From Clostridia bacterium (GTDB lineage Bacteria; Bacillota; Clostridia; Monoglobales; Monoglobaceae): DNA of 63,057 nt. The translations under genes and the position numbers were made by a program. The notes beneath the pieces are model-generated. The model had not been told where the DNA came from. It was given only the letters and a program-made list of their open reading frames with translations, and searched no databases. Positions 27,182 to 37,141 of the stretch are shown piece by piece. Each line of letters begins with the position of its first letter. Position 1 is the stretch's first letter. The stretch lies in contig JAGAIJ010000086.1 in NCBI GenBank assembly GCA_017626595.1, forward strand, positions 1 through 63,057. The letters are read 5' to 3'.

Positions 27182-29113
27182 CTAATTATTATTTTTTGTG
27201 TAATTTAAAAGTCCGCCGTCTATAAGCATTTCACGGTCACGCTGTGACAATTCAGCCACAAGCTCAATTTCGTCCCCGGTTGTCTTATTAACCATTACAA
27301 TTTTTCCGTCATTCTTAATAAGCTCTCTAATATTATTAAGCACAAGCTCATCCTTAAGTGAAATCTTATCGTAATCTGCTTCATTCTTAAATGTAAGCGG
27401 AATTATACCTGCATTAATAAGATTTGCTTTATGTATTCTTGCAAAAGACTTAACGATAACAGCCTTTACTCCAAGATAAAGTGGCGCTAAAGCCGCGTGC
27501 TCTCTTGATGAGCCCTGACCGTAGTTTGCACCGCCGATTATAATTGACTTCTTCATTTCAAGGGCTCTGTCGTGAAATTCTTCGTCGCAAACTGCAAAGC
27601 AGAACTTTGAAATTGCAGGAATATTTGATCTCAGCGGAAGAATCTTTGCACCTGCAGGCATAATATGGTCAGTTGTAATATTGTCTTCAACCTTAAGGCT
27701 TACTCCCGCCTCAATTGTTTCTTCCATAGGTTCTGAAACAGGGAATGGCTTAATATTTGGTCCGCGGAGGATTTCAACTGTATCCATTTCCTCTTCAGGA
27801 ACAGGAGGAACAACCATATTATCATTGATTGTAAATACTTCAGGTAACTTAAATTCAGGCATTTCACCGATTTCTCTTGGGTCTGTAAGATAGCCGTTTA
27901 TAGCTGAAATTGCAGCCATTTCAGGTGAAACAAGATAAATCTGTCCGTCTTTTGTGCCTGATCTGCCTTCAAAGTTACGGTTAAAGGTTCTTAAAGAAAT
28001 ACCCTTTGAATTAGGAGACTGTCCCATACCGATACATGGTCCGCAGGCACTTTCCAGAATTCTTGCACCTGCATCAATTAAAACTGACAACGCGCCGTTT
28101 TCAGCAAGCATATTAAGTACCTGCTTTGAACCAGGGGCAATTGAAAGTGATACGTCAGGGTGAACTGTCTTGCCCTTTAAAATATGTGCAACCTTCATCA
28201 TATCAAGAAGTGATGAGTTTGTGCAGGAGCCGATACATACCTGGTCAATTTTCATATTGCCGATTTCTTCAACTGATTTTACATTATCAGGAGAATGTGG
28301 GCAGGCAGCAAGTGGCTTTAATTCTGACAAATTGATTTCTACAACCATATCATATTCTGCATCCGCGTCAGCTGAAAGTGGAACATAATCTTCCTCTCTC
28401 TTCTGTGCCTTTAAAAATTCTCTTGTGATTTCATCAGATGGGAAGATTGAAGTTGTAGCACCAAGCTCTGCGCCCATATTTGTGATCGTTGCTCTTTCAG
28501 GAACAGAAAGTGTCTTAACGCCCTCTCCGCAATATTCAATAATCTTTCCAACTCCGCCTTTAACAGAGAGAATTCTTAAAACTTCTAAAATTACATCCTT
28601 GGCACTAACCCAAGGGCTGAGTTTACCTGTAAGCTCTACCTTTACAATTTCAGGGCATACAATATGGTACGCTCCGCCGCCCATAGCAACTGCAACGTCC
28701 ATACCGCCTGCACCGATTGCAATCATACCGATACCGCCGCCTGTTGGTGTGTGGGAATCTGAACCGATAAGAGTTTTGCCAGGCTTACCAAATCTCTCAA
28801 GATGTACCTGATGACAAATACCGTTACCAGGTCTTGAAAAGTAAATTCCGTGCTTTTTACAGATACTGCCAATAAAACGGTGGTCATCTGCGTTTTCAAA
28901 GCCTGACTGGAGAGTATTATGGTCAATATATGCAACAGACTTCTCTGTCTTAACCCTCTTTACTCCCATAGCTTCAAACTCTAAGTATGCCATAGTTCCT
29001 GTGGCATCCTGTGTTAAGGTCTGGTCAATTTTTATAGCAATTGAATTGCCTTTTTTAAATTCACCTGACACGAGATGGTCTTTTAATATTTTTTGTGCTA
29101 ATGTGTATCCCAT
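27182..29113 (-). CDS. acn: Aconitate hydratase (monomeric ~640-aa clostridial type)
   Basis: IDQTLTQDATG, GSDSHT, IGSCTNS and CGPCIGMG (Fe-S ligand motifs), plus a C-terminal swivel domain with GANYGQGSSREHAA. Confidence 0.9.
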   Translation of the reverse strand: MGYTLAQKILKDHLVSGEFKKGNSIAIKIDQTLTQDATGTMAYLEFEAMGVKRVKTEKSVAYIDHNTLQSGFENADDHRFIGSICKKHGIYFSRPGNGICHQVHLERFGKPGKTLIGSDSHTPTGGGIGMIAIGAGGMDVAVAMGGGAYHIVCPEIVKVELTGKLSPWVSAKDVILEVLRILSVKGGVGKIIEYCGEGVKTLSVPERATITNMGAELGATTSIFPSDEITREFLKAQKREEDYVPLSADADAEYDMVVEINLSELKPLAACPHSPDNVKSVEEIGNMKIDQVCIGSCTNSSLLDMMKVAHILKGKTVHPDVSLSIAPGSKQVLNMLAENGALSVLIDAGARILESACGPCIGMGQSPNSKGISLRTFNRNFEGRSGTKDGQIYLVSPEMAAISAINGYLTDPREIGEMPEFKLPEVFTINDNMVVPPVPEEEMDTVEILRGPNIKPFPVSEPMEETIEAGVSLKVEDNITTDHIMPAGAKILPLRSNIPAISKFCFAVCDEEFHDRALEMKKSIIIGGANYGQGSSREHAALAPLYLGVKAVIVKSFARIHKANLINAGIIPLTFKNEADYDKISLKDELVLNNIRELIKNDGKIVMVNKTTGDEIELVAELSQRDREMLIDGGLLNYTKNNN

Positions 29114-31602
29114 TATTTTTCCTCCTGCTGTGTTTCCTCAGTTGTTTCAGTTTCTTCGTTGTCTTTCTGTATCTTTGCACCGGATACAATAGACACTCCC
29201 TCGCCAAGTCGCATAAGTCTTACACCCTTTGTAACTCTGCCGAAGGTTGAAATGTCGCATGAATCCATACGGATTACTACGCCCTCTGATGTGATAAGAA
29301 TAATATCATCTTCAGGTGTAACAATATCAAAACCTGACACAAGGCCTGTCTGTTCGGACGGTTTATAGGTTGTCGTACCCTTACCGCCTCTGGTCTGTAT
29401 CTTATATTCGTCCATATCAGTCTTCTTACCGTAGCCCTTTTCGGACACAACAAGAACCTGACCGCCCTCTACGTCACGGCTCATTCCGATTACATAGTCA
29501 TCGTCATCTAAGAGAATACCTCTTACGCCTCGTGAGGTTCTTCCCATAGCTCTTGCATCATTTTCGTCAAATCTTATGAGCTTACCCTTATGAGTTCCCA
29601 TAAAGATAGTAGCGTTGCCGTCTGTAAGTTCAACCTTGATAAGACTGTCGCCCTCGTCAAGATTGATTGCAATTTTGCCTACCTTTGGTGCATTTTCATA
29701 TTCAAGAACATCAGTCTTCTTGATTACACCGTTTCTTGTAGCCATAATGAGGTACTGTCCCTCTTCATAGTTTCTTATAGGAATCATTGCAGAAATCTTT
29801 TCGCCCTCTGCAAGATTTATAAGGTTGACAATTGGTGTACCCTTTGCCTGTCTGCCTGCTTCAGGAATTTCATAAGTCTTAATTCTATACATTCTTCCTG
29901 TGTTTGTAAAGAACATAATATGGTCGTGGGTTGAGGCTACGAACATTGTATTTACAAAGTCCTCTTCCTTGGTCTGCATACCGATAATTCCGCGACCGCC
30001 ACGCTTCTGACTCTTATATGTGTCAACTGCAAGTCTCTTGATATAGCCTGCGTGAGTCATTGTGATAACATTATCCTCTTCTTCAATCAGGTCTTCAATA
30101 TCAATGTCGTCTGCAACAGGCTCAATGCTTGTTCTTCTTTCGTCTGCAAACTTTTCCTTAACCTCAAGAATTTCTTTCTTAAGAATATCGCAAACCATAC
30201 TTTCGCTGTTTAAAACATCTGTAAGGTATGCAATAAGCTTCATAAGTTCATCGTATTCAGCATCAATCTTTTCTCGCTCTAATCCCTGAAGTCTTGCAAG
30301 TTTCATATCAAGGATTGCCTTTGCCTGAATTTCAGACAAGGAGAATTTAGCCATTAACTGTTCCTGTGCGTCGTTATAGCTTTCTCTTATTGTCTTAATA
30401 ACTTCGTCGATATTGTCAAGGGCAATTCTTAAGCCCTCTAAAATGTGGGCCCTTGCCTCAGCCTTATCCTTATCAAACTTTGTTCTTCTTACAATAATTT
30501 CTTTCTGGAACTTAATGTATTCCTCAAGCATTTCCTTAAGGTTCATAACCTTTGGCTCTGTCTTATTAACAAGGGCAAGGTTGATTACGCCAAAAGTTTC
30601 TTCCATCTGGGTATATTTATAGAGCTGGTTTAAGACTATCTGGGCGTTAGCATCCCTCTTAACCTCAATTACAATTCTCATACCGTTTCTGTCGGATTCG
30701 TCACGGAGGCCTGAAATTCCCTCAACTCTCTTTTCGTGAACAAGTTCAGCAATTTTCTCCACAAGCTTCGCCTTATTCACAACATAAGGAATTTCTGTTA
30801 CGATAATTCTTTCCCTGTCGTCTTTCCACGCTTCAATCTCAGCTCTTGCACGAACTCTTATCTTTCCTCGGCCTGTATGGTAAGCAGCTCTTATTCCGCT
30901 TGTGCCCATAATCATAGCTCCCGTCGGGAAGTCAGGGCCTTTTATGTATTCCATAAGTCCGTCAATGTCAAGTTCAGGGTCGTCAACTAAAGCTACAACA
31001 CCGTCAATAACTTCGCCTAAGTTATGAGGAGGGATATTTGTAGCCATGCCTACAGCAATACCGCTTGAGCCGTTTACAAGCAGATGCGGGAATCTTGCAG
31101 GAAGCACTTCAGGTTCCTTAAGTCTTTCATCAAAGTTTGGTACAAAGTTTACAGTATCCTTTTCGATATCTGCAAGCATCTTCATAGAAATCTTTGACAT
31201 TCTCGCTTCAGTATATCTGTATGCAGCAGCGCCGTCGCCGTCGATTGAACCGAAGTTACCCTGTCCGTCAACTGTAGGGTATCTCATAGAGAAGGACTGT
31301 GCCATTCTTACGAGGGCATCATAAACAGACGCGTCACCGTGCGGATGGTATCTACCAAGCACGTCACCGACGGTTGTAGCACACTTTCTGTGCTCCTTAT
31401 CAGGTGTAATTCCGTCTTCATACATCGCATACAAAATTCTTCTGTGAACAGGCTTAAGTCCGTCTCTTACATCAGGGAGGGCTCTGCCTACCAGAACTGA
31501 AATCGCATAGTCAATATACGACTTCTTCATTTCCTTGTTGATATCAACAGGAATAATGTTCAGCTTTGACAAGTCAAAAAATTCTTTTTCTTCGTTTGCC
31601 AT
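29113..31602 (-). CDS. gyrA: DNA gyrase subunit A
   Basis: [28 protein letters not shown] (active-site Tyr region), GyrA-box-like QKRGGRG and an acidic C-terminal tail. The stop overlaps the aconitase start (TAATG). Confidence 0.95.
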   Translation of the reverse strand: MANEEKEFFDLSKLNIIPVDINKEMKKSYIDYAISVLVGRALPDVRDGLKPVHRRILYAMYEDGITPDKEHRKCATTVGDVLGRYHPHGDASVYDALVRMAQSFSMRYPTVDGQGNFGSIDGDGAAAYRYTEARMSKISMKMLADIEKDTVNFVPNFDERLKEPEVLPARFPHLLVNGSSGIAVGMATNIPPHNLGEVIDGVVALVDDPELDIDGLMEYIKGPDFPTGAMIMGTSGIRAAYHTGRGKIRVRARAEIEAWKDDRERIIVTEIPYVVNKAKLVEKIAELVHEKRVEGISGLRDESDRNGMRIVIEVKRDANAQIVLNQLYKYTQMEETFGVINLALVNKTEPKVMNLKEMLEEYIKFQKEIIVRRTKFDKDKAEARAHILEGLRIALDNIDEVIKTIRESYNDAQEQLMAKFSLSEIQAKAILDMKLARLQGLEREKIDAEYDELMKLIAYLTDVLNSESMVCDILKKEILEVKEKFADERRTSIEPVADDIDIEDLIEEEDNVITMTHAGYIKRLAVDTYKSQKRGGRGIIGMQTKEEDFVNTMFVASTHDHIMFFTNTGRMYRIKTYEIPEAGRQAKGTPIVNLINLAEGEKISAMIPIRNYEEGQYLIMATRNGVIKKTDVLEYENAPKVGKIAINLDEGDSLIKVELTDGNATIFMGTHKGKLIRFDENDARAMGRTSRGVRGILLDDDDYVIGMSRDVEGGQVLVVSEKGYGKKTDMDEYKIQTRGGKGTTTYKPSEQTGLVSGFDIVTPEDDIILITSEGVVIRMDSCDISTFGRVTKGVRLMRLGEGVSIVSGAKIQKDNEETETTEETQQEEK

Positions 31603-31800
31603 TTTAAATTTCTCCTTTCAAAAAGGATAATCCTTTTTTGTCTTTATGGAAATAAACCGCAATTTTTTGCGTTTTTTCATTACTTATAAAATATTTTACC
31701 ATAAAAATATTAAATTTGCAACAAAAAACAGCTGTTTTTTTGCCTGAAAATCCCTGAAATTTTGTTACAAACTTTTAATATTTAATTTCCCCGAAAAGTA

Positions 31801-31828
31801 TTGTAATTTTTTCCCTGTTTGTTATAAT
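31801..31828 (+). promoter_or_regulatory. Candidate sigma-A promoter of the GH36-like triplet
   Basis: TTGTAA (31801-31806), 16-nt spacer, TATAAT (31823-31828) preceded by TGT. Confidence 0.45.
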
Positions 31829-31859
31829 GAAGCTAGCCTATAAATTGGAGGATTTTGCT

Positions 31860-33602
31860 ATGAATTTTATAACCTACGGCGGTTTGCCTAATGCAAAAAT
31901 TTCTATTGAGAAAAAAGCAGAAAAGGACGGCGTTCTTTTCTTTGATGTTAATATGATTTTAGAGGAAGAGGCTGTGCCACAGCAGTTTACTGTTTGCTGG
32001 AACTTTCCGATTATTGACACCCTTTCAACCTGGAGCCCTACAATCAAGGCATGGAGATATCTGGCTCCTCACTGGAAAGCCCAGAGAACAACATCGAGAA
32101 CTGCATCATGGATGCCAATCCACTGTCACTTCTCAAGGGACGGCAGAAACAGACAAACTGTTGCTGTTGCTGACGCGAAAACTCCTATCAGTCTTTTATC
32201 AGGTGCAAACGATAATACAGCTGAGCTTTACTGTGCAATAGAATTTTTCACAAATCCTGTTGCTCCTCTTAAGGAATACCACACAACAATCCGTATTGAC
32301 CTACGCCACATTCCTTATGAGCAGGCAATCAGGGATGTAACAAAATGGTGGGAAACAGACTGCGGTTACACTCCTGCTTTCGTTCCTGAATATGCAAAAT
32401 ATCCTATGAACTCAACCTGGTACAGCTATCACAGAGATTTAGTAGAGGATGACCTTTTAAGAGAATGCGAGCTTTCAAAGCCTCTTGGCATGGAAACAAT
32501 CTTAATCGACGACGGTTGGCAGAGAGGGGAAGGTCACCACATGGTGGGGGACTGGATGGTGAACGCCGACAAGTTCCCTGATTTCAAAAATTTTGTAGAT
32601 AAAGTTCACGAAATCGGCATGAAGGTTATGGTATGGTTCTCTGTTCCGTTCCTCGGAAAATGGAGTGCCCTTGAGGAAGGCAGGGAAAACCCCGTTTACA
32701 CCCGTTTTAAAGACATGGTTCTTAACGGAGGTACAGACGGCTTCGGTGACACCTTCCACTTTGACCCTCGCTACAAGGAGGTCCGCGACTACCTTGTGGA
32801 TATTTACGTAAGCAGAGTTAAAGAATGGGGAATTGACGGCTTAAAGCTTGACTTTATTGACTGGTTTAACCTTACAGACATATCCTTAAAGCCTGATGAC
32901 AGGCGCGACATCAAGAGCCTCGAAGAAGCAATTGACGCTCTTATGCTGGCTGTTCACGATGCCCTTATAAAAGTCAAGCCTGATATACTTATCGAGTTCC
33001 GCGAAACCTATGTAGGACCATGTATAAGACAGTACGGCAATATGCTCCGTGTTATTGACTGCCCTAACGACGCTCTTATCAACAGAGGGGACACAATCAA
33101 CCTCCGCCTTATTTCAGGAGATACAGCAATCCACTCCGATATGCTTATGTGGAATGTAAATGAGCCTGTTGAGAACGCTGCTATGCAGATTACAAACTGT
33201 ATTTTCTCCGTTCCGCAGATTTCAATGAGAATTCAGTCTCTCCCTGAAGACCACAAAAAGATGCTTGGTTTCTACCTCGATTTCTGGAGAAAAAACAGGG
33301 ATATTTTAGCCTATGGCGATATCTTCGCAAAGAATCCTGAATTCGGTTACAGTATGGCCTATGCCGTTAAGGATAAAGAAGCTGTTTTTGCACTTTACGC
33401 CGACACAGCTGTTGACATTATGGATATGAAAACCGCAAAAATTATAAACAGCACACGCCTTGACGCCCTTATCGTTGAAAATGCACAGGGCAGAGATTTT
33501 GAGGTTGTTAACTGTATGGGCGAAGTTCTGGAAACAGGCAAAATTGAAAACAATGTTGTGAAAATCAACGTTCCTCTTTCAGGAATTATATTTATAAAAT
33601 AA
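31860..33602 (+). CDS. GH36-like (melibiase-fold, clan GH-D) glycoside hydrolase, paralog 1; cytoplasmic
   Basis: ILIDDGWQ...GDW.VN..KFPDF...VH..GMKVMVWF, DGLKLDFID (K.D nucleophile-like motif) and RVIDCPNDALINR. The start is set at the ATG at 31860, which has a GGAGG RBS, by homology with the paralogs. Confidence 0.65.
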   Translation: MNFITYGGLPNAKISIEKKAEKDGVLFFDVNMILEEEAVPQQFTVCWNFPIIDTLSTWSPTIKAWRYLAPHWKAQRTTSRTASWMPIHCHFSRDGRNRQTVAVADAKTPISLLSGANDNTAELYCAIEFFTNPVAPLKEYHTTIRIDLRHIPYEQAIRDVTKWWETDCGYTPAFVPEYAKYPMNSTWYSYHRDLVEDDLLRECELSKPLGMETILIDDGWQRGEGHHMVGDWMVNADKFPDFKNFVDKVHEIGMKVMVWFSVPFLGKWSALEEGRENPVYTRFKDMVLNGGTDGFGDTFHFDPRYKEVRDYLVDIYVSRVKEWGIDGLKLDFIDWFNLTDISLKPDDRRDIKSLEEAIDALMLAVHDALIKVKPDILIEFRETYVGPCIRQYGNMLRVIDCPNDALINRGDTINLRLISGDTAIHSDMLMWNVNEPVENAAMQITNCIFSVPQISMRIQSLPEDHKKMLGFYLDFWRKNRDILAYGDIFAKNPEFGYSMAYAVKDKEAVFALYADTAVDIMDMKTAKIINSTRLDALIVENAQGRDFEVVNCMGEVLETGKIENNVVKINVPLSGIIFIK

Positions 33603-33615
33603 AGGGAGAATAATT

Positions 33616-35352
33616 ATGAAATTTGATATTTTTGGCGCACCTGAAAACGCAAAGGTTACAGTCGAACAGACTGCAGAAAAAGACGGGGTCCTTTTCTTTG
33701 ATTTAGATATGGTTTTAGAGGAAGAGGCTATTCCAAAGCAGTTAACATTAAAGTGGACATTTGACGTAATTGACACACTCTGTACCTGGAGTGCAGCATG
33801 TGACACCTTAAGATATTTACGTCCAAACTTCGGGACGCACAAAACACACTCAAGAATCGCATCAGGAATGCCACTTCACTGTCACTTCTCAAGGGACGGC
33901 AGAAACAGACAGACTATTGCCGTTGCTGACGCGAAAAATCCTATCAGCTTCGCATCAGGTGTAAACGAATACACAGCTTCCCTTGACTGTTATATCAACT
34001 TCTTCACAGTTTCTGTCGCACCTATTAAGGAATATCACACAACAATCCGCGTTGACCTCCGTGATATCCCTTACGAACAGGCAGTTAAAGAGGTTTCAAA
34101 ATGGTGGGAAACAGATTGCGGATATACTCCTGCATACGTTCCTGAGCACGCAAAGCTTCCTATGAACTCAAGCTGGTACACATATCACAGAGGCCTTGAC
34201 GAAGAGGATATAATCAGAGAGTGCGAACTTTCAAAACCTCTCGGTATGGAAACAATTTTAATCGACGACGGCTGGCAGAAAGGCGACGACTATAGCCGAC
34301 TTGGCGACTGGCTGGTTAACACTGACATATTCCCTGATTTTAAGAACTTTGTTGACAGAATTCATAAAATCGGTATGAAAGTTATGCTTTGGTTCTCTGT
34401 TCCTTTTGTAGGAAGATGGGACGCTGATAATCATGATGTTGAAAACAATGTTTATAAGCGTTTTAAGGGAATGTTCTTAAATGACAGCGGTGTTGAGTGG
34501 ATTCTTCACTTTGACCCACGTTACAAGGAAGTTCGTGACTATCTTATCGGAATCTATGTAAACGCAGTTAAAACCTATGGTCTTGACGGCGTTAAACTTG
34601 ACTTTATTGACAGTTTCGGCCACACAGACGTATCATTAAAGCCTGACGACAAACGCGACATAAAGAGTCTTGAAGAAGCTATAAATACTCTTATGATTGA
34701 TATTCATAATGCTTTAACAGAAATCAATCCTGATATTTTAATCGAGTTCCGCGAAAGCTACGTCGGACCTTGTATAAGACAGTTTGGTAATATGCTTCGT
34801 GTTCACGACTGTGCAATTGATGCCCTCATTAACAGAGCTGACTCCATCAATTTAAGACTTGTTTCAGGTAACACCGCTGTTCATTCAGATATGCTTATGT
34901 GGAACAAGAACGAACCTGTTGAAAATGCAGCTATGCAGATTACAAACTGTATCTACTGTGTTCCCCAGATTTCTGTTAAAATTCAGGAGCTCCCTGAAGA
35001 CCACAAAAAGATGCTTGGTTTCTACCTCGATTTCTGGAGAAAGAACAGGGACATCCTGGCTTACGGCGACATCTTCGCAAAGAACCCTGAAACAAACTAC
35101 AGCATGGCCTGGGGCGTTAAAGACGGCAACGCTGTTATTACAGCATACACCGATTCCCTGGTTGAAGTCGGTGACTTAAAAACTGCCAAGATTATTAACA
35201 GTACAAGATACGATGCCCTTGTTATCAAAAACGCAAAGGGCAGAGATTTTGAAGTTGTTAACTGTATGGGCGAGGTTCTGGAAACAGGCAAGATTGATTC
35301 AAACCTTGAAGAAATTAATGTTCCTCTTTCAGGAATTATATTTATAAAATAA
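33616..35352 (+). CDS. GH36-like glycoside hydrolase, paralog 2
   Basis: 578 aa with the same motif set (ILIDDGWQKGDD, GVKLDFID, RVHDCAIDALINR). A 13-nt spacer with a GGGAGA RBS follows paralog 1. Confidence 0.65.
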   Translation: MKFDIFGAPENAKVTVEQTAEKDGVLFFDLDMVLEEEAIPKQLTLKWTFDVIDTLCTWSAACDTLRYLRPNFGTHKTHSRIASGMPLHCHFSRDGRNRQTIAVADAKNPISFASGVNEYTASLDCYINFFTVSVAPIKEYHTTIRVDLRDIPYEQAVKEVSKWWETDCGYTPAYVPEHAKLPMNSSWYTYHRGLDEEDIIRECELSKPLGMETILIDDGWQKGDDYSRLGDWLVNTDIFPDFKNFVDRIHKIGMKVMLWFSVPFVGRWDADNHDVENNVYKRFKGMFLNDSGVEWILHFDPRYKEVRDYLIGIYVNAVKTYGLDGVKLDFIDSFGHTDVSLKPDDKRDIKSLEEAINTLMIDIHNALTEINPDILIEFRESYVGPCIRQFGNMLRVHDCAIDALINRADSINLRLVSGNTAVHSDMLMWNKNEPVENAAMQITNCIYCVPQISVKIQELPEDHKKMLGFYLDFWRKNRDILAYGDIFAKNPETNYSMAWGVKDGNAVITAYTDSLVEVGDLKTAKIINSTRYDALVIKNAKGRDFEVVNCMGEVLETGKIDSNLEEINVPLSGIIFIK

Positions 35353-35365
35353 AAGGAGAAAAATT

Positions 35366-37096
35366 ATGAAATTTGATATTATCGGCGCACCGGAAAATGC
35401 GAAAATTACAGTTGAACAGACTGCAGAAAAAGACGGAGTTCTTTTCTTTGATTTAGACATGGTTTTAGAAGAAGAGGCTATTCCAAAGCAGTTCTCATTA
35501 AAATGGACATTTGACGTAATTGACACACTCTCAACATGGAGTCCTACAATCAAGGCCTGGCGTTATATTGCTCCATGCTGGGCTCCACAGAGAACATTCT
35601 CAAGGATTGCATCCTGGATGCCTATTCACTGTCACTTCTCAAGAGACGGAAGAAACAGACAGACTATTGCTATTGCTGATGCCAAGAGTCCTATTAACTT
35701 CTCATCAGGTGTAAACGAATACACAGCCTGGCTTGACTGCTTTATCGACTTCTTCACAGTTTCTGTTGCACCTCTTAAAGAGTATCACACAACAATCCGT
35801 GTTGACCTCCGTGACATCCCATACGAACAGGCTATCAAGGAAGTTTCAAAATGGTGGGAAACAGATTGCGGATATACTCCTGCTTTTGTTCCTGAGCACG
35901 CAAAGCTTCCTATGAACTCAAGCTGGTACACATACCACAGAGAACTTGACGAGGAAGACATTATAAGAGAATGTGAACTTTCAAAGCCTCTTGGTATGGA
36001 AACAATCTTAATCGACGACGGCTGGCAGTGGGGCAACGGCTATCATCAGCTTGGTGACTGGCAGGTTAACACAGATAAGTTCCCTGATTTTACAAACTTT
36101 GTTGACAGAATTCATAAAATCGGCATGAAAGTTATGGTATGGTTCTCTGTTCCTTTCGTAGGAAAATGGGACCCTGTTCAGCCTGGAGTTGAAAACAAGG
36201 TTTATCAGCGTTTTAAGGGAATGTTCCTAAACGAAAGCGAGCACACCTTTAACTTCGACCCACGCTACAAGGAAGTTCGTGACTATCTTGTGGAAACCTA
36301 TGTAACACAGGTTAAGAAATGGGGAATTGACGGCGTTAAGCTTGACTTTATTGATTCCTTTACTCATACAGACCTCTCTCTTAAGCCTGACGACAGACGT
36401 GACATCAAGAGCCTTGAAGAAGCTGTTAATACTCTTATGATTGCAATTCATGATGCTTTAACAGAAATCAATCCTGACATACTTATCGAGTTCCGTGAAA
36501 CTTACGTTGGGCCTTGCATAAGACAGTACGGAAATATGCTCCGTGTTACTGACTGTCCAAATGACGCTCTTATCAACAGAACTGACTCAATCAATATGAG
36601 ACTTGTTTCAGGAAACACAGCTGTTCACTCAGATATGCTTATGTGGCACAAAAACGACAAGGTTGAAACTGCTGCTATGCAGATTACAAACAGTATTTTC
36701 TGTGTTCCACAGATTTCTGTCAGAATTCAGTCCCTTAAAGAAGACCACAAGAAAATGCTTGCCTTCTACCTCGATTTCTGGAGAAAGAACAAGGAAATTC
36801 TCACAGAGGGAGAAATTTATGCCAACAACCCTGAAGTTGGTTACAGCCTTGTATGGTCAGTAAAGAATGGTGATGCTGTTTTTGCGGCATACTCCAACGC
36901 CATTGTTGACATCAAAGATATGAATACAGCTAAAATCATAAACAGCACAAATTTTGACTCCCTTGCTGTTGAAAATGCACAGGGCAAGGACTTTGAAGTT
37001 GTGAACTGTATGGGCGAAGTTTTGGAAACAGGCAAAATTGAAAGTAACCTTGCAAAAATCAATGTTCCTCTCTCAGGTATCATCTTCGTAAAATAA
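35366..37096 (+). CDS. GH36-like glycoside hydrolase, paralog 3
   Basis: 576 aa with the same motif set (ILIDDGWQWGNG, GVKLDFID, RVTDCPNDALINR). A 13-nt spacer with an AGGAGA RBS follows paralog 2. Confidence 0.65.
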   Translation: MKFDIIGAPENAKITVEQTAEKDGVLFFDLDMVLEEEAIPKQFSLKWTFDVIDTLSTWSPTIKAWRYIAPCWAPQRTFSRIASWMPIHCHFSRDGRNRQTIAIADAKSPINFSSGVNEYTAWLDCFIDFFTVSVAPLKEYHTTIRVDLRDIPYEQAIKEVSKWWETDCGYTPAFVPEHAKLPMNSSWYTYHRELDEEDIIRECELSKPLGMETILIDDGWQWGNGYHQLGDWQVNTDKFPDFTNFVDRIHKIGMKVMVWFSVPFVGKWDPVQPGVENKVYQRFKGMFLNESEHTFNFDPRYKEVRDYLVETYVTQVKKWGIDGVKLDFIDSFTHTDLSLKPDDRRDIKSLEEAVNTLMIAIHDALTEINPDILIEFRETYVGPCIRQYGNMLRVTDCPNDALINRTDSINMRLVSGNTAVHSDMLMWHKNDKVETAAMQITNSIFCVPQISVRIQSLKEDHKKMLAFYLDFWRKNKEILTEGEIYANNPEVGYSLVWSVKNGDAVFAAYSNAIVDIKDMNTAKIINSTNFDSLAVENAQGKDFEVVNCMGEVLETGKIESNLAKINVPLSGIIFVK

Positions 37097-37103
37097 TTTG
37101 CAT

Positions 37104-37141
37104 AAAAAATAACCCCCTCGGTTGAGGGGGTTTTATTTTTT
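37104..37141. terminator. Bidirectional terminator between the GH36-like triplet and glgP
   Basis: aaaaaat aaccccctc ggtt gagggggtt ttatttttt. Confidence 0.8.

Noticed and set aside
26500-31830. A Rex operator (TTGTGAA-N4-TTCACAA type) near rex, aconitase or gyrA
   Set aside because: No such inverted repeat was seen in the short spacers or in the gyrA upstream region. Only isolated half-site-like strings occur elsewhere (for example 10990 and 32240), without partners.
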